From positions 64,001 through 128,000 of the IMG/VR virus record IMGVR_UViG_3300020048_000007: a stretch of 64,000 nt of DNA. One strand, given 5' to 3'. The stretch comes from a virus (lineage: Duplodnaviria; Caudoviricetes). The notes below the pieces were generated by a model. The model did no database searches. It was given only the letters and a program-made list of their open reading frames with translations, and was not told where the DNA came from. Positions 29,404-38,753 of this stretch are shown piece after piece. The stretch's first letter is position 1. The number at the start of each line of letters is the position of its first letter. A program made the position numbers and the translations under genes.

Positions 29404-29972
29404 CCCGCGACATCATAATCAACAGACTTATCCAACAAAAAGAATACAAATCATACCTAGAAATAGGAATCCAATACAAAGTCAATTGGAACCTTATTAA
29501 ATGCCAAGACATGGTCGGCGTAGAACCGTCAGCAGATGAAATGCATGACGACAGAATAATCAAAGTCACAAGCGATCAATACTTCGCAAACCACACCAAA
29601 ACTTTTGACATTATATTCATAGACGGCGACCATAACGCACCAACCGTAAGCAGAGATCTCGAAAATTCATTCAAAGTTTTAAACGAAGGAGGAACAGTTG
29701 TTCTACATGACACATATCCTCCAGAAGAAGAATTTACACACCCGTACAGATGTGGAACAGTATACGAAGCTGTCTGGCAATTCAGACAAAACCCAGGCTT
29801 CGACATACTCACATACCAACATGACTTCGGAGTCTGCCTTATGAAGAGAGGACAGACTGACAAGACAATACATCCAAAGACAACATACTCGGACTACGTG
29901 AACAACGCTAGAGAAATTATCAACTTAAAAAGCACAAACGAGGAATTTTACAGAGCACTAAAAGAATGGTGA
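29376..29972 (+). CDS. Class I SAM-dependent methyltransferase (Methyltransf_24-like)
   Basis: YLEIG, FDIIFIDGDH, GGTVVLHD. Confidence 0.85.
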   Translation: MADSTDTHLTRDIIINRLIQQKEYKSYLEIGIQYKVNWNLIKCQDMVGVEPSADEMHDDRIIKVTSDQYFANHTKTFDIIFIDGDHNAPTVSRDLENSFKVLNEGGTVVLHDTYPPEEEFTHPYRCGTVYEAVWQFRQNPGFDILTYQHDFGVCLMKRGQTDKTIHPKTTYSDYVNNAREIINLKSTNEEFYRALKEW

Positions 29973-29994
29973 TCTTAGGCATCTAACACTCCTA

Positions 29995-30360
29995 TTATAC
30001 TGCATCAGACGCGCACGGTTTATCGCCAAGATATAATTCGTACCGAAAACGGCTAGAATGCGGTTGGTGCGGATACAAAGTATTGCTCATGACACTGAGA
30101 GTACTAAATGTTTCAACATATCCGTCGCTGTACTTTAGTAGCAGTCCCGTTTCAAGGTCGCGTTTGACCCAATATACATTGAACTCGCTTTTGTTAAGTT
30201 TATCGACTTCTCGTGCCGTTGGCCTGATCGTGCCGTTAGCTATATCTAAAATTCTACACATCTGGTAGACCACCATCGCAGCAATCTTAGCCTCGCCATT
30301 TGGCAGAGAGTCAATAAATTCAAGCGGCGTCTTGGCCCCCACAACGATCTTGTCACTCAT
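29995..30360 (-). CDS. Hypothetical protein (MSDKIVVG...)
   Basis: ATG at 30360 after GGAG; 5' end duplicated with the neighbouring gene. Confidence 0.6.
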   Translation of the reverse strand: MSDKIVVGAKTPLEFIDSLPNGEAKIAAMVVYQMCRILDIANGTIRPTAREVDKLNKSEFNVYWVKRDLETGLLLKYSDGYVETFSTLSVMSNTLYPHQPHSSRFRYELYLGDKPCASDAV

Positions 30361-30765
30361 CACATGCTCCATTATTAGCAAGCCTCATCAAATCGGGTTA
30401 GTATGATCTTGTGGGTCACCGCTTCTGTCGCATCTTTAGGTATCCACGTCGCTTCGGCCTCAGACGGCGAAACAAACTCGAAAGAGCGATAAAACCAAGG
30501 GAAATACCATTCGAACAATACCGTCTGATTCACAGTCGCTGAGACTCTATGAGGAGCCGGTACCAGGCCACTTTCAAATTGGGCGAAAAAGCGCGACGCC
30601 GCATCCACAAGCTCAGCAGGTGGAGCAATTGAATCTTCCCCATCAAAATTATTCTCATAATTTCGTATTCTAAGCAATTCAGAGTCAATAATTTCAAGTG
30701 ACGTCATCCTCTTGGCCTCCACAACGATCTTGTCACTCATCACACGCTCCATCATTAGCAAGCCT
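30331..30765. repeat. 55 bp direct repeat (3 mismatches) at 30331-30385 and 30711-30765, 380 bp apart
   Basis: Direct alignment; similarity extends about 25 bp further with a 6 bp indel. Confidence 0.9.
30375..30740 (-). CDS. Hypothetical protein (MSDKIVVE...)
   Basis: ATG at 30740 after GGAG. Confidence 0.6.
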   Translation of the reverse strand: MSDKIVVEAKRMTSLEIIDSELLRIRNYENNFDGEDSIAPPAELVDAASRFFAQFESGLVPAPHRVSATVNQTVLFEWYFPWFYRSFEFVSPSEAEATWIPKDATEAVTHKIILTRFDEAC

Positions 30766-31239
30766 AGCCTTACGAGAACGCTCAGAAATCCTCATACGAA
30801 CCTCATCCGACACATTCCTAGCCCTAACACTAGCCTCACAACGCATCTCCTCAGACCAAGCACCCACCAACTTAGAATTCAAACGCTCCCTCAACACACC
30901 ACCATCAAAAACAATATCATACTTCACACAAAGACGCTGAACAGACGCAACAGAGGAATCAAACATCAACGCCAACTCGCCAATAGAATGCTTATCCCTA
31001 TTCTCCCGAATATACCTAATAGTCTCCTCATTATCAAGCTTACTCCTCATCTTAAGAGCACTAGCCTCACTACGAGACCGCTTAAGCCCAAGATGCTTAC
31101 ACAATTTAGCTATAGTACGCTCAGGCTCATAATAATACTCACCAATCTCTGCATGTGTCCAGCCCTCATTAAACAGTTTAATCGTCAGCTGCTTAATCTC
31201 ATCACTGAACCGCTCATGAACTGGAACTGGCGCAGGCAT
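30733..31239 (-). CDS. HTH-repeat protein; possible nuclease-less homing endonuclease relic
   Basis: Two HTH-like segments and a NUMOD-like EEMR..S.....EVR.RISERSRK tail; no catalytic motif. Confidence 0.5.
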   Translation of the reverse strand: MPAPVPVHERFSDEIKQLTIKLFNEGWTHAEIGEYYYEPERTIAKLCKHLGLKRSRSEASALKMRSKLDNEETIRYIRENRDKHSIGELALMFDSSVASVQRLCVKYDIVFDGGVLRERLNSKLVGAWSEEMRCEASVRARNVSDEVRMRISERSRKARLANDGACDE

Positions 31240-31922
31240 TATATGCTCTCCTGACTCTTGCGAAGGTCGTAATACATATCCAATACCTTCTTCATATCAT
31301 CATTGGTGAACTTCTGCTTGGCTAAATTAGCCCACATGCATACTAATTGCACATTGCCCTCAATATATCCGCGCTTAGAATCAATACGGTCTATCGACAG
31401 AGCCATCAAATCCGACCACTTATGTGCCATTGTTAGCCCGCTAATAGCACATCTACCTTGATTTAATTCATAAAGTCTTCTGATGTATGAAAAAGAGACT
31501 TCAAATTCCACATCTCTCCTTCTTGCTCCTAATCTTTGTTTAGCTGTGCCTTTGCATCTTCGATAAACATAATTCAAAAATATGTCCATAGAAGATTGCC
31601 AATAGTCATTTGAATGCTTTCTAATTTTCTCCCTATTATCTTTATAATATTCTTTCTTGTATTTTAACAGCCTGGCGTTATTTTTGCTATAATAAACATT
31701 GGTATAGCCTTTTGCGCATTTTTTGCATATATTACAATCTTCTTTAAATTCAGAGTCCAGACGAGACACACCACAGCTCCTACAAAGATTCCTATCTATC
31801 AAAGGCTTTCGAGAAACCACAACTGTTTTACAATCCACACAGACCCATCTTTCGGGGGCTTTTTCTCTCAACATTCGTGAGGAACCGCATCGGCAAGTAT
31901 CAGGTCTCTTCAGAGTAGGCAT
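31239..31922 (-). CDS. Free-standing HNH-like homing endonuclease
   Basis: Zn ribbons plus CAISG...SIDRIDSKRGYIEGNVQLVCMWANLAK. Confidence 0.75.
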   Translation of the reverse strand: MPTLKRPDTCRCGSSRMLREKAPERWVCVDCKTVVVSRKPLIDRNLCRSCGVSRLDSEFKEDCNICKKCAKGYTNVYYSKNNARLLKYKKEYYKDNREKIRKHSNDYWQSSMDIFLNYVYRRCKGTAKQRLGARRRDVEFEVSFSYIRRLYELNQGRCAISGLTMAHKWSDLMALSIDRIDSKRGYIEGNVQLVCMWANLAKQKFTNDDMKKVLDMYYDLRKSQESI

Positions 31923-31993
31923 ATTTATCCTTCATATTGGCTTATTTGATCTATAACTGTCTGATCCTCTATGATATAAAATACATAGAAACG

Positions 31994-32025
31994 ACAATAC
32001 CCAAATCTTTCGATTTGGGTATTGT
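31994..32025 (-). terminator. Terminator hairpin downstream of the major capsid gene
   Basis: 14 bp perfect stem ACAATACCCAAATC / GATTTGGGTATTGT with a GAAA loop on minus. Confidence 0.8.
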
Positions 32026-32062
32026 GTTCTATTATGAAGCGAATCTCATAAGAGACGATCGC

Positions 32063-33649
32063 TTAGAGATTACTAACGTTAATTGTCGCATAGTACAGGC
32101 CACCATCTTCAATCAGCTTCTTCCCGTAGCGGCACATGATGCCCTTCGATGGGGAGTAGCTGTTGGGGTCGAGTACCGTTGGGGTGCTCAACAATGGGAT
32201 GTATGGAGCGTAGAAGTAACCAGCATCCAGAACGCTTGATCCCTTGAAGCCCATCAGGATTTTGCAGTTCGGGAACAGTGGGTCCTTGTAGAGGCGCATC
32301 TTGCCTTGGATTGTTCCAACGTTCATGATGCCGATGTCCACACCTTCGGTGTTCATGGCGTCTGAGGCGCGGAAGTCGTTGAGTTGCTCGAACTTCGATG
32401 CGATGTCGGCGCTCATGACCATCCAGTTAGCAGGGCCACGCAGGGTGGTTCTGTGGATGATGTTGGCAACTTCGAGTGACTTGTACATCAGGGCGATGTT
32501 ACGGTCGGTGAAGTTAACCGAGGCACCAGCGGCGGTGGCGAAGTTGTGATCGGCGCGGATAGCGGCAGCAATGATGAGGTCATTGATGATTTCCCGGTCG
32601 ATTTCGGCAACCATTTCGTCGGCCATGAGGTCGGTCAGGGTGCTCTCAGCGTCAATGTTGTGGACTGACTTGAGGTCTTGAGCGGCTTCCAGGCTCCAGG
32701 AGGTCTTCAGCTTACGGGTGATTGCGGAGACCGAATCACTGTCGATGCTGAGGGTGACTTCTGGTTGGAATGGGTTGGATTCCAGGTCGTACTCGTAGTT
32801 GATGCGAGCGATCGCGCCAACTGGGAAGATGCCTGCTGTGAGGCGGATGTTTACTTCGCCGGTGGCGTGGTTGAAGCTTGAAGAGGCTTCGTTGACTGCC
32901 AGATTAGCGGTGAAGCTACAGTCGCCGATGACAACCGTGTCGACTGCGCCGTCGGAGTCGAAGGTGACGCGGAGACATGGTGTTGGGTCGTTACAAGCTG
33001 GGCTTGCTCCGGCTTCGTCGGTGTAGACTTCTACGGCTACTGTACCGGCGAGTACTGGGCGGTGAGCCAGTGTTTGTTGGACGTGGTTGCGGTTCAGAAT
33101 CGTACCGGTTTCACCCACAACTTGTTGTGAGGAGTAGTATGGGTCGAGAGCCCAGCCGTTGTTACGGGCGTAACTTTGGGCTGTGTTTTGGCGCATGATC
33201 TGTGTTCCGGCTACCGTTTGTCCCTTGGAGAGGGCGTAGCGATAGCGGATGTAGAAGATGAGCGATGCTGGCTGGCTCATTGGCTGGACACCGACCAGGT
33301 TGTCGGCGATCAGCTTTGGATATGATTTGCGGATGAGGGGGAGGGCAAACCGTGTGAAGTCAGCGATGTTCGCTGTCGTGGTTTGGTCTTCCAGGATCAT
33401 GGAGCGGCGTTCTGGGTTCCAGGCGTTGAACTGGTTTTCCAGGATGCTTGCCATGAGGCCGAATTTGGCCTTAGGTACTTCTTTGCACTTGTTGAGGACT
33501 GAGGCCCATTTACCAACGAGTTGGTTTTTCTTGGACTCGTGGATGATGCTGGCCTTGTGGAGGTCCGTGGCGGCTCCAGCGATGGCTTGGCGGTTTTCGG
33601 TGAGGTGACGACGGCCTTGTGGGGCGCGTGATTGTGTTCTGGGTAGCAT
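32063..33649 (-). CDS. gp23: Major capsid protein (T4 gp23-like) with an insertion domain
   Basis: LIRKSYPKLIADNLVGVQPMSQP, TRKLKTSWSLEAAQDLKSVH, EIDREII, FYAPYIPL motifs. Confidence 0.95.
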   Translation of the reverse strand: MLPRTQSRAPQGRRHLTENRQAIAGAATDLHKASIIHESKKNQLVGKWASVLNKCKEVPKAKFGLMASILENQFNAWNPERRSMILEDQTTTANIADFTRFALPLIRKSYPKLIADNLVGVQPMSQPASLIFYIRYRYALSKGQTVAGTQIMRQNTAQSYARNNGWALDPYYSSQQVVGETGTILNRNHVQQTLAHRPVLAGTVAVEVYTDEAGASPACNDPTPCLRVTFDSDGAVDTVVIGDCSFTANLAVNEASSSFNHATGEVNIRLTAGIFPVGAIARINYEYDLESNPFQPEVTLSIDSDSVSAITRKLKTSWSLEAAQDLKSVHNIDAESTLTDLMADEMVAEIDREIINDLIIAAAIRADHNFATAAGASVNFTDRNIALMYKSLEVANIIHRTTLRGPANWMVMSADIASKFEQLNDFRASDAMNTEGVDIGIMNVGTIQGKMRLYKDPLFPNCKILMGFKGSSVLDAGYFYAPYIPLLSTPTVLDPNSYSPSKGIMCRYGKKLIEDGGLYYATINVSNL

Positions 33650-33701
33650 TTACTAACTCCGTACCTGTTCAGGAAAAAGTGTGTGAAATCGGTTTCTAGT
33701 G

Positions 33702-34412
33702 TCAGACGAGGTCCGTGTCCATGTTTGCCGCGATGTCCAGGACTGTAATGTTACTGGTCGGTCGGACAGTTACGTTACTTTGTCTTGGCTTCGAAGCTGG
33801 ACGGCGCTCTTGGCTTTCGAGAAGAGTGGCGCGAGTCGTTGTCGGCTTGCTTTGACGCACGGTTGGTTCCATTCGGCGGGGTGAGCGGTTTTCTACAACC
33901 GGTCTGCTCGCGTTTTGGAACTTAGCGTTTTCTGCGACTAGGGCTCGGTTTTGCTTCAGGGCTTTTTCGGCGATAGCTGTCTTGCGATTAGCTTCGGCGA
34001 CTGCTCTGTTGCGTTCTTCTGCAAGTTGCTGAGCTCGACGGTTGGCTTTTTCCAGAGCGGCGGCGGATTGTCCATTTGCAATACCATTCAGCTGTACGCC
34101 TTCGAGCAGTGCTCGAACGCTCTTGAGCTTGGTCATTGCTTGGGATTCGCTTAATGCCGACATTTTAGCCAGCTGGGTCTCGATCGCAGCGGATTTTGTC
34201 TCACAGAAAATCTGGAGACGACGGGCTAGCTCACGCTTGTGGGCTTCCGTTTCTTCGACGCAGACCTTCTTGGTTTTTTCAACTGTGCTATTAAAATTAG
34301 CAGCAAATTGCTCTTGAAGACCTGTCTTGTATCTGTCCAAAGATTCAGCAATCGCATTTACCAATTCAGGCTTGCAACCAGACTTGGAGAGCAACTCTTT
34401 GATCTTATCCAT
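33702..34412 (-). CDS. Prohead core scaffold protein (gp22-like)
   Basis: Coiled-coil protein directly upstream of the capsid gene; xxE motifs. Confidence 0.7.
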   Translation of the reverse strand: MDKIKELLSKSGCKPELVNAIAESLDRYKTGLQEQFAANFNSTVEKTKKVCVEETEAHKRELARRLQIFCETKSAAIETQLAKMSALSESQAMTKLKSVRALLEGVQLNGIANGQSAAALEKANRRAQQLAEERNRAVAEANRKTAIAEKALKQNRALVAENAKFQNASRPVVENRSPRRMEPTVRQSKPTTTRATLLESQERRPASKPRQSNVTVRPTSNITVLDIAANMDTDLV

Positions 34413-34504
34413 TATCAGCTCCTATAGGGACCAGTTTAGCTTATTTTTGCCGAAATCCCTAAAAATATTCATACTCGGCACAATAGTCATATAGTATTTT
34501 TTTC

Positions 34505-35419
34505 TCAATTATCATCGTCATCGTCATCGTCCTCAGCATAAGCAGCCTTCATATCCTGCAAAAGTTTACCAATCTCATCCACAGTATCAGCAACAGCATT
34601 ACGATCCTTTAACTTATCCAACATAACAGCCTTAAAAACCGCATATTCACGCCTCAACGCAGTCTTAGCAGGCTCAGAAGGCGAAATACCATACACACCA
34701 TCCAAAACACCAAGCATATCAACATACCCATCAGCCGACTCATCAGAACACCCCAAAGCCTTCTTGATAATCCTCTTCAAATTCTTTTGTAGACGGAAGA
34801 ATTTAAGTTGCTTCTCTTGTTGATAAGACTTTTTAACGACATTCTCCCGAACCTCCTTCACAAAATGCGATGCCAGACCAGACTCACCAGCCAAAATAGA
34901 ATCATAAACGCTCTTAGAAATATAATAATCAGCACGAAATGGGATATAAGCATATTTATGAAGAGCAGGCTCATCCAAAAACCGTTTCATAAACCTATCA
35001 TACACAATGTTCATATCATCAGTAAATCCAGAAAAATTCAAAAACGCCGGAGCGTCGCCGAGTCTATCAACATAATCAGTCAAGCAATTAATCATAACAC
35101 TGTAGACAAACACCTCATTCTTCAACCCAGTCTTGTCAAAATTCTCAATGCTACTAGGGTCATTACCCCAAGTCAACCCCGTCCCTACAGAGCCAGGATA
35201 CTTTTTCAAAATCGCTTTCATCACCTTAGACATTCCTAAAGGATCATTGGCTATATTAACATTATAGTAAGGACTCTTAGCCCCAAGCTTAGGATCTCTA
35301 AAAACATAATTAAATTCACCATCTTTGATAATTGGCTCTATACCCAGGCTTTTTAACTTCTGCGGATCTCGGTCAAACACTTCATTAAGAACAAGGCTTA
35401 CTTTTTCATTGAATCTCAT
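34505..35419 (-). CDS. Hypothetical protein; candidate head-internal protein
   Basis: Start MRFNEKVSLVLNEVFD; acidic tail. Confidence 0.6.
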   Translation of the reverse strand: MRFNEKVSLVLNEVFDRDPQKLKSLGIEPIIKDGEFNYVFRDPKLGAKSPYYNVNIANDPLGMSKVMKAILKKYPGSVGTGLTWGNDPSSIENFDKTGLKNEVFVYSVMINCLTDYVDRLGDAPAFLNFSGFTDDMNIVYDRFMKRFLDEPALHKYAYIPFRADYYISKSVYDSILAGESGLASHFVKEVRENVVKKSYQQEKQLKFFRLQKNLKRIIKKALGCSDESADGYVDMLGVLDGVYGISPSEPAKTALRREYAVFKAVMLDKLKDRNAVADTVDEIGKLLQDMKAAYAEDDDDDDDN

Positions 35420-35490
35420 AGCGCACCCCAACATGGTTCAAGTATAAAATATTTTCACAATCAAACCATAACGGCGACAAGACTACATCA

Positions 35491-35589
35491 TCAGCTCTTA
35501 TAAGATGAACACTTAATAGCAAACCCAACAACAAGTATACCCACAATGAACCAACCAATCAGCTCTACTATCAGCCTGATGCACAGCAT
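35491..35589 (-). CDS. Unlisted 32 aa single-TM peptide
   Basis: GAGGGG RBS; MLCIRLIVELIGWFIVGILVVGFAIKCSSYKS*. Confidence 0.5.
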   Translation of the reverse strand: MLCIRLIVELIGWFIVGILVVGFAIKCSSYKS

Positions 35590-35611
35590 AGATCACCCCT
35601 CGCAAAGCACA

Positions 35612-36316
35612 TCAAAATGTAACGTACTTGATATTTGAAAAGCAAAACTGGTGCCTCTGCCCAGAAGTCAAATGCCCCTGCCAACCATCAGGAATATAGC
35701 AAGTCGTGTCAGCCTTACCTAAAGCAGAAGCAAGAACAGCCTGACCACTAAATGAACACACAAAATGATGACAACTATGGATAACGTCAGCATAGTGCAT
35801 CAACGAATCAACATCAACATGTCCATTAACGGAGAACTCATTATTCACAACCGTGGTAACCTTGCGCTTAAAAACAGGGCTCACTACAAGCTTACCCGGG
35901 AACTGCTCCCGAATCATCTCGTTGAATCGCAACGGTATGCTTTTAGAACCACTCACACCACTAATATCTATGACTATTATATCCTTAAGCTCATCAATAA
36001 AATTGGGCTTGTAATATAACTTGCAAAGGTCATTCTTAGGGGCAAAACCATGAGCGATCTCTTGATTAAAAACAATGTTTTTATGAGGTACTAGCCTCTT
36101 ATCATACATGCAACTACCGATATTATGCGGTTCTTTCGATATGCCTTTAACAAATGGATTTGTCCCCCACACTAGGTCGTATATCTCCGGACTCCTATAG
36201 GCATTAGCTTCTGAGACGTAAAAATCCCATCCACGATCAGCGTATAACTCCGGCAATGTGCTGTATTGAAGATTATCTCCGAGGCCACCCCAAGGCTGAA
36301 ACAAGATTTTATTCAT
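35612..36316 (-). CDS. Putative glycosyltransferase (GT-B-like)
   Basis: N-terminal QPWGGLGDNLQYSTLP; C-terminal FVCSFSGQAVLASAL; TAAATACT upstream at 36349-36356. Confidence 0.55.
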   Translation of the reverse strand: MNKILFQPWGGLGDNLQYSTLPELYADRGWDFYVSEANAYRSPEIYDLVWGTNPFVKGISKEPHNIGSCMYDKRLVPHKNIVFNQEIAHGFAPKNDLCKLYYKPNFIDELKDIIVIDISGVSGSKSIPLRFNEMIREQFPGKLVVSPVFKRKVTTVVNNEFSVNGHVDVDSLMHYADVIHSCHHFVCSFSGQAVLASALGKADTTCYIPDGWQGHLTSGQRHQFCFSNIKYVTF

Positions 36317-36387
36317 ATATCCTTCTTTGGTCTTAGAGACATTCTAGTAGTATTTACATATAGCCGAACAACATAAGGAACCAAAAA

Positions 36388-37125
36388 ATGAACAATATAC
36401 CAGCTAATAAAGAGACCTGCGAAGTCTCTTTGAATATCCTAAAAAGAATGCAACCATGGGGGGTAAAAAACTCGCCATATGTTTATAACCATATAGTTCC
36501 TGCCTCTACACTAAGCCCTTGGTATAGCGATATAGAATTCATAGAAATCTATTCCAAAATAGGCATAAACTACACCCTCGTCGACCATTATAGGTGCTAT
36601 GAACTCTGGACGCTAGCAAAGCAGACCCACAAGATACCAGGTGTGATCCTTGAAGTTGGTGTATGGAGAGGAGGCTCCGGGGCTCTTCTAGCCAAAGCCG
36701 CACCCGACAAAAAAGTATACTTGGCAGATACGTTTAGTGGGGTCGTCAAGGCATCCAGTAAAGACTTAACTTATATTGGTGGAGAACATTCTGATACTTC
36801 TAGAGCGACAGTCCAGACAATACTGGACGAACTTGACATTACAAACGCGGATGTGCTAGTTGGCGTATTTCCAGACGACACTGGGCATATGATTTCAGAA
36901 AATATAGCGCTATTACATTGTGATGTAGACGTCTATGAGTCAGCAAGAGACATTACGCAATGGTGCCTGCCAAAGCTTTCAGTCGGTGGTATACTCGTAT
37001 TTGACGACTATGGGTTTGAACAATGCAATGGAATAAGCTTACTTTGTGATATGCTTAGAGAAGATGAGAATTTACTGTTTTTATATAATCTAAATGGGCA
37101 TGCGATATTTATTAAAATTAAATGA
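36388..37125 (+). CDS. TylF/MycF-family O-methyltransferase
   Basis: LEVGVWRGGS, ADTFSG, LLHCDVDVYES, LVFDDYG. Confidence 0.9.
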   Translation: MNNIPANKETCEVSLNILKRMQPWGVKNSPYVYNHIVPASTLSPWYSDIEFIEIYSKIGINYTLVDHYRCYELWTLAKQTHKIPGVILEVGVWRGGSGALLAKAAPDKKVYLADTFSGVVKASSKDLTYIGGEHSDTSRATVQTILDELDITNADVLVGVFPDDTGHMISENIALLHCDVDVYESARDITQWCLPKLSVGGILVFDDYGFEQCNGISLLCDMLREDENLLFLYNLNGHAIFIKIK

Positions 37126-38638
37126 TGCTCTTTATAAAACATAATTTCTTACCACCATACTTTTTAATATATCCGAACTGCTCTGCATAAGCGTTCTCAG
37201 TTGTGCTAAGCCTTTTAGCCCTAGAGTATAATGTCTTCTTATGCATCACCCATCCATTCTGATCCACATACCAATAATCAGAGTCAACTTCGTGGTGCAT
37301 TTTAAAACCCAAAGACTTATAGACAGCTCCAGTATGTCCAACTGTGGTGTCACAATAGCTCACTATATTATCACAGTCCAAATGCTTAAAAGTCTTTGAC
37401 AGAAAATAACTAGCCAGATTATGCTTTTGGTAACTGGGATGAATACACAACCTTGCCAATTCTAAACTCTTACCATCGAACTGATGACCAATATTCTGAC
37501 GGACCAAGTTAGAATAAACGGCACAAGCCACTAGCTCATCACCCAAAAAAGCTCCAAAGCATTTGCCTGACCTTCCTTTCCCAATGTAGTGATAAGCATC
37601 GAGGAAGCTATTCAAGGACTTCGCTGATACATCATCAGATATTTTAAGATCCTTAAAATCGAAATCGTTCACCTTAACATCAATGCCAAACTTGGACTTC
37701 AGCCTTCCGAGTACCTTATCCTTAGCATAAAACTCATGCTCCCAGATATACATTATCTCATATTCTGGAAAATACTTCTCGATATAGGTGAATTTAGCCT
37801 TATCTCTGGCAGGTGCTCTTTCTAGTGTGTGCCAATAGTCACCCTGGCATTCAATCAATAGTCTTTTATACCTCGTAGGGACCATACAATCGAAGACATA
37901 TGGCCCTATCACTGTCTTTGGACCCTCTTTGTGATATTCAATATTCAAATCATCTAGAAACTTGTAGAGTAACCTCTGAATATTACTCTCTCTAGGCTGA
38001 TTAGCCCTAGCAACAGCCATTTTGGACTTCACATCTTCAGTATATCCTGATGATTGCTTAGCTCTGTAGCCATCATTATTCCATAAAACTTTGCTCTGTC
38101 TACTCTTTAATTCAGAATAGTCTTCTCTTTGCCAAGCCAATTTTACTGATTCTGATAGCATCTTAATTCTCTGTGTATCAGACCATATCTTCTGTGATAT
38201 TTCCGATCTTCTGTCTTTGGATAACTCCTTTTTAGCAGCCATTTGGTCCCTATAACTGCTATCGGCCCATCTCTCTTTAGCTAATTCTGATAATTTCTTT
38301 TTACCCTCTTCGGATGGAGTATTGTGAACAATGATGAATTTTCCGTCCTTATGCCCCTGAACCATAGCACAATGATGGCATCTCCAATCTTTAAACCTTC
38401 CAGCCCTAAATAGCTGCTCCTGTGTCTTTCCACAATCAATACAAGTGTAGGTGACAATTTCGTTAGTCTTCATCTCATGCTTCTGCTTAACACATGACAT
38501 GCATATATGCTCTGGCTTTCTTTTAGCCACTTGATATAGCTGGCTTCTAGGCTTATTGCATTTTTCGCAGACGACAATAATTTTGTCTTTATTTTTCGCT
38601 ATTTCTGGCGATGATTTTGAAAGCTGCCAGTCTATCAT
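37118..38638 (-). CDS. Free-standing Hef-like homing endonuclease (Zn ribbons + Vsr/DUF559-like nuclease + GNAT-like domain)
   Basis: Start MIDWQLSK (AGGAG RBS); FD..V...LLIECQGDYWH; ELARLC...IVSYCDTTVGHTGAVYKSLGF. Confidence 0.8.
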   Translation of the reverse strand: MIDWQLSKSSPEIAKNKDKIIVVCEKCNKPRSQLYQVAKRKPEHICMSCVKQKHEMKTNEIVTYTCIDCGKTQEQLFRAGRFKDWRCHHCAMVQGHKDGKFIIVHNTPSEEGKKKLSELAKERWADSSYRDQMAAKKELSKDRRSEISQKIWSDTQRIKMLSESVKLAWQREDYSELKSRQSKVLWNNDGYRAKQSSGYTEDVKSKMAVARANQPRESNIQRLLYKFLDDLNIEYHKEGPKTVIGPYVFDCMVPTRYKRLLIECQGDYWHTLERAPARDKAKFTYIEKYFPEYEIMYIWEHEFYAKDKVLGRLKSKFGIDVKVNDFDFKDLKISDDVSAKSLNSFLDAYHYIGKGRSGKCFGAFLGDELVACAVYSNLVRQNIGHQFDGKSLELARLCIHPSYQKHNLASYFLSKTFKHLDCDNIVSYCDTTVGHTGAVYKSLGFKMHHEVDSDYWYVDQNGWVMHKKTLYSRAKRLSTTENAYAEQFGYIKKYGGKKLCFIKSII

Positions 38639-38698
38639 ATTGGTGCTCCTTATAATATTTATAATACAAGGAGCTGCCAAGCTACGGATTATATGAAA

Positions 38699-38724
38699 AA
38701 GGCCAACAGTTTCCTGTTGGCCTT
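38699..38724 (-). terminator. Intrinsic terminator after the prohead protease gene
   Basis: AAGGCCAACAG-GAAA-CTGTTGGCCTT plus U-tract on minus; second small hairpin at 38728-38746. Confidence 0.85.
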
Positions 38725-38753
38725 GGGCCTAGGATAAAACCCTAGGGGAGGAA

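Noticed and set aside
35435-35611. Possible tRNA or ncRNA in the apparent intergenic gap
   Set aside because: No cloverleaf; the gap is explained by a small TM ORF. No tRNA-like sequence was noticed in other gaps either, but tRNAscan was not run
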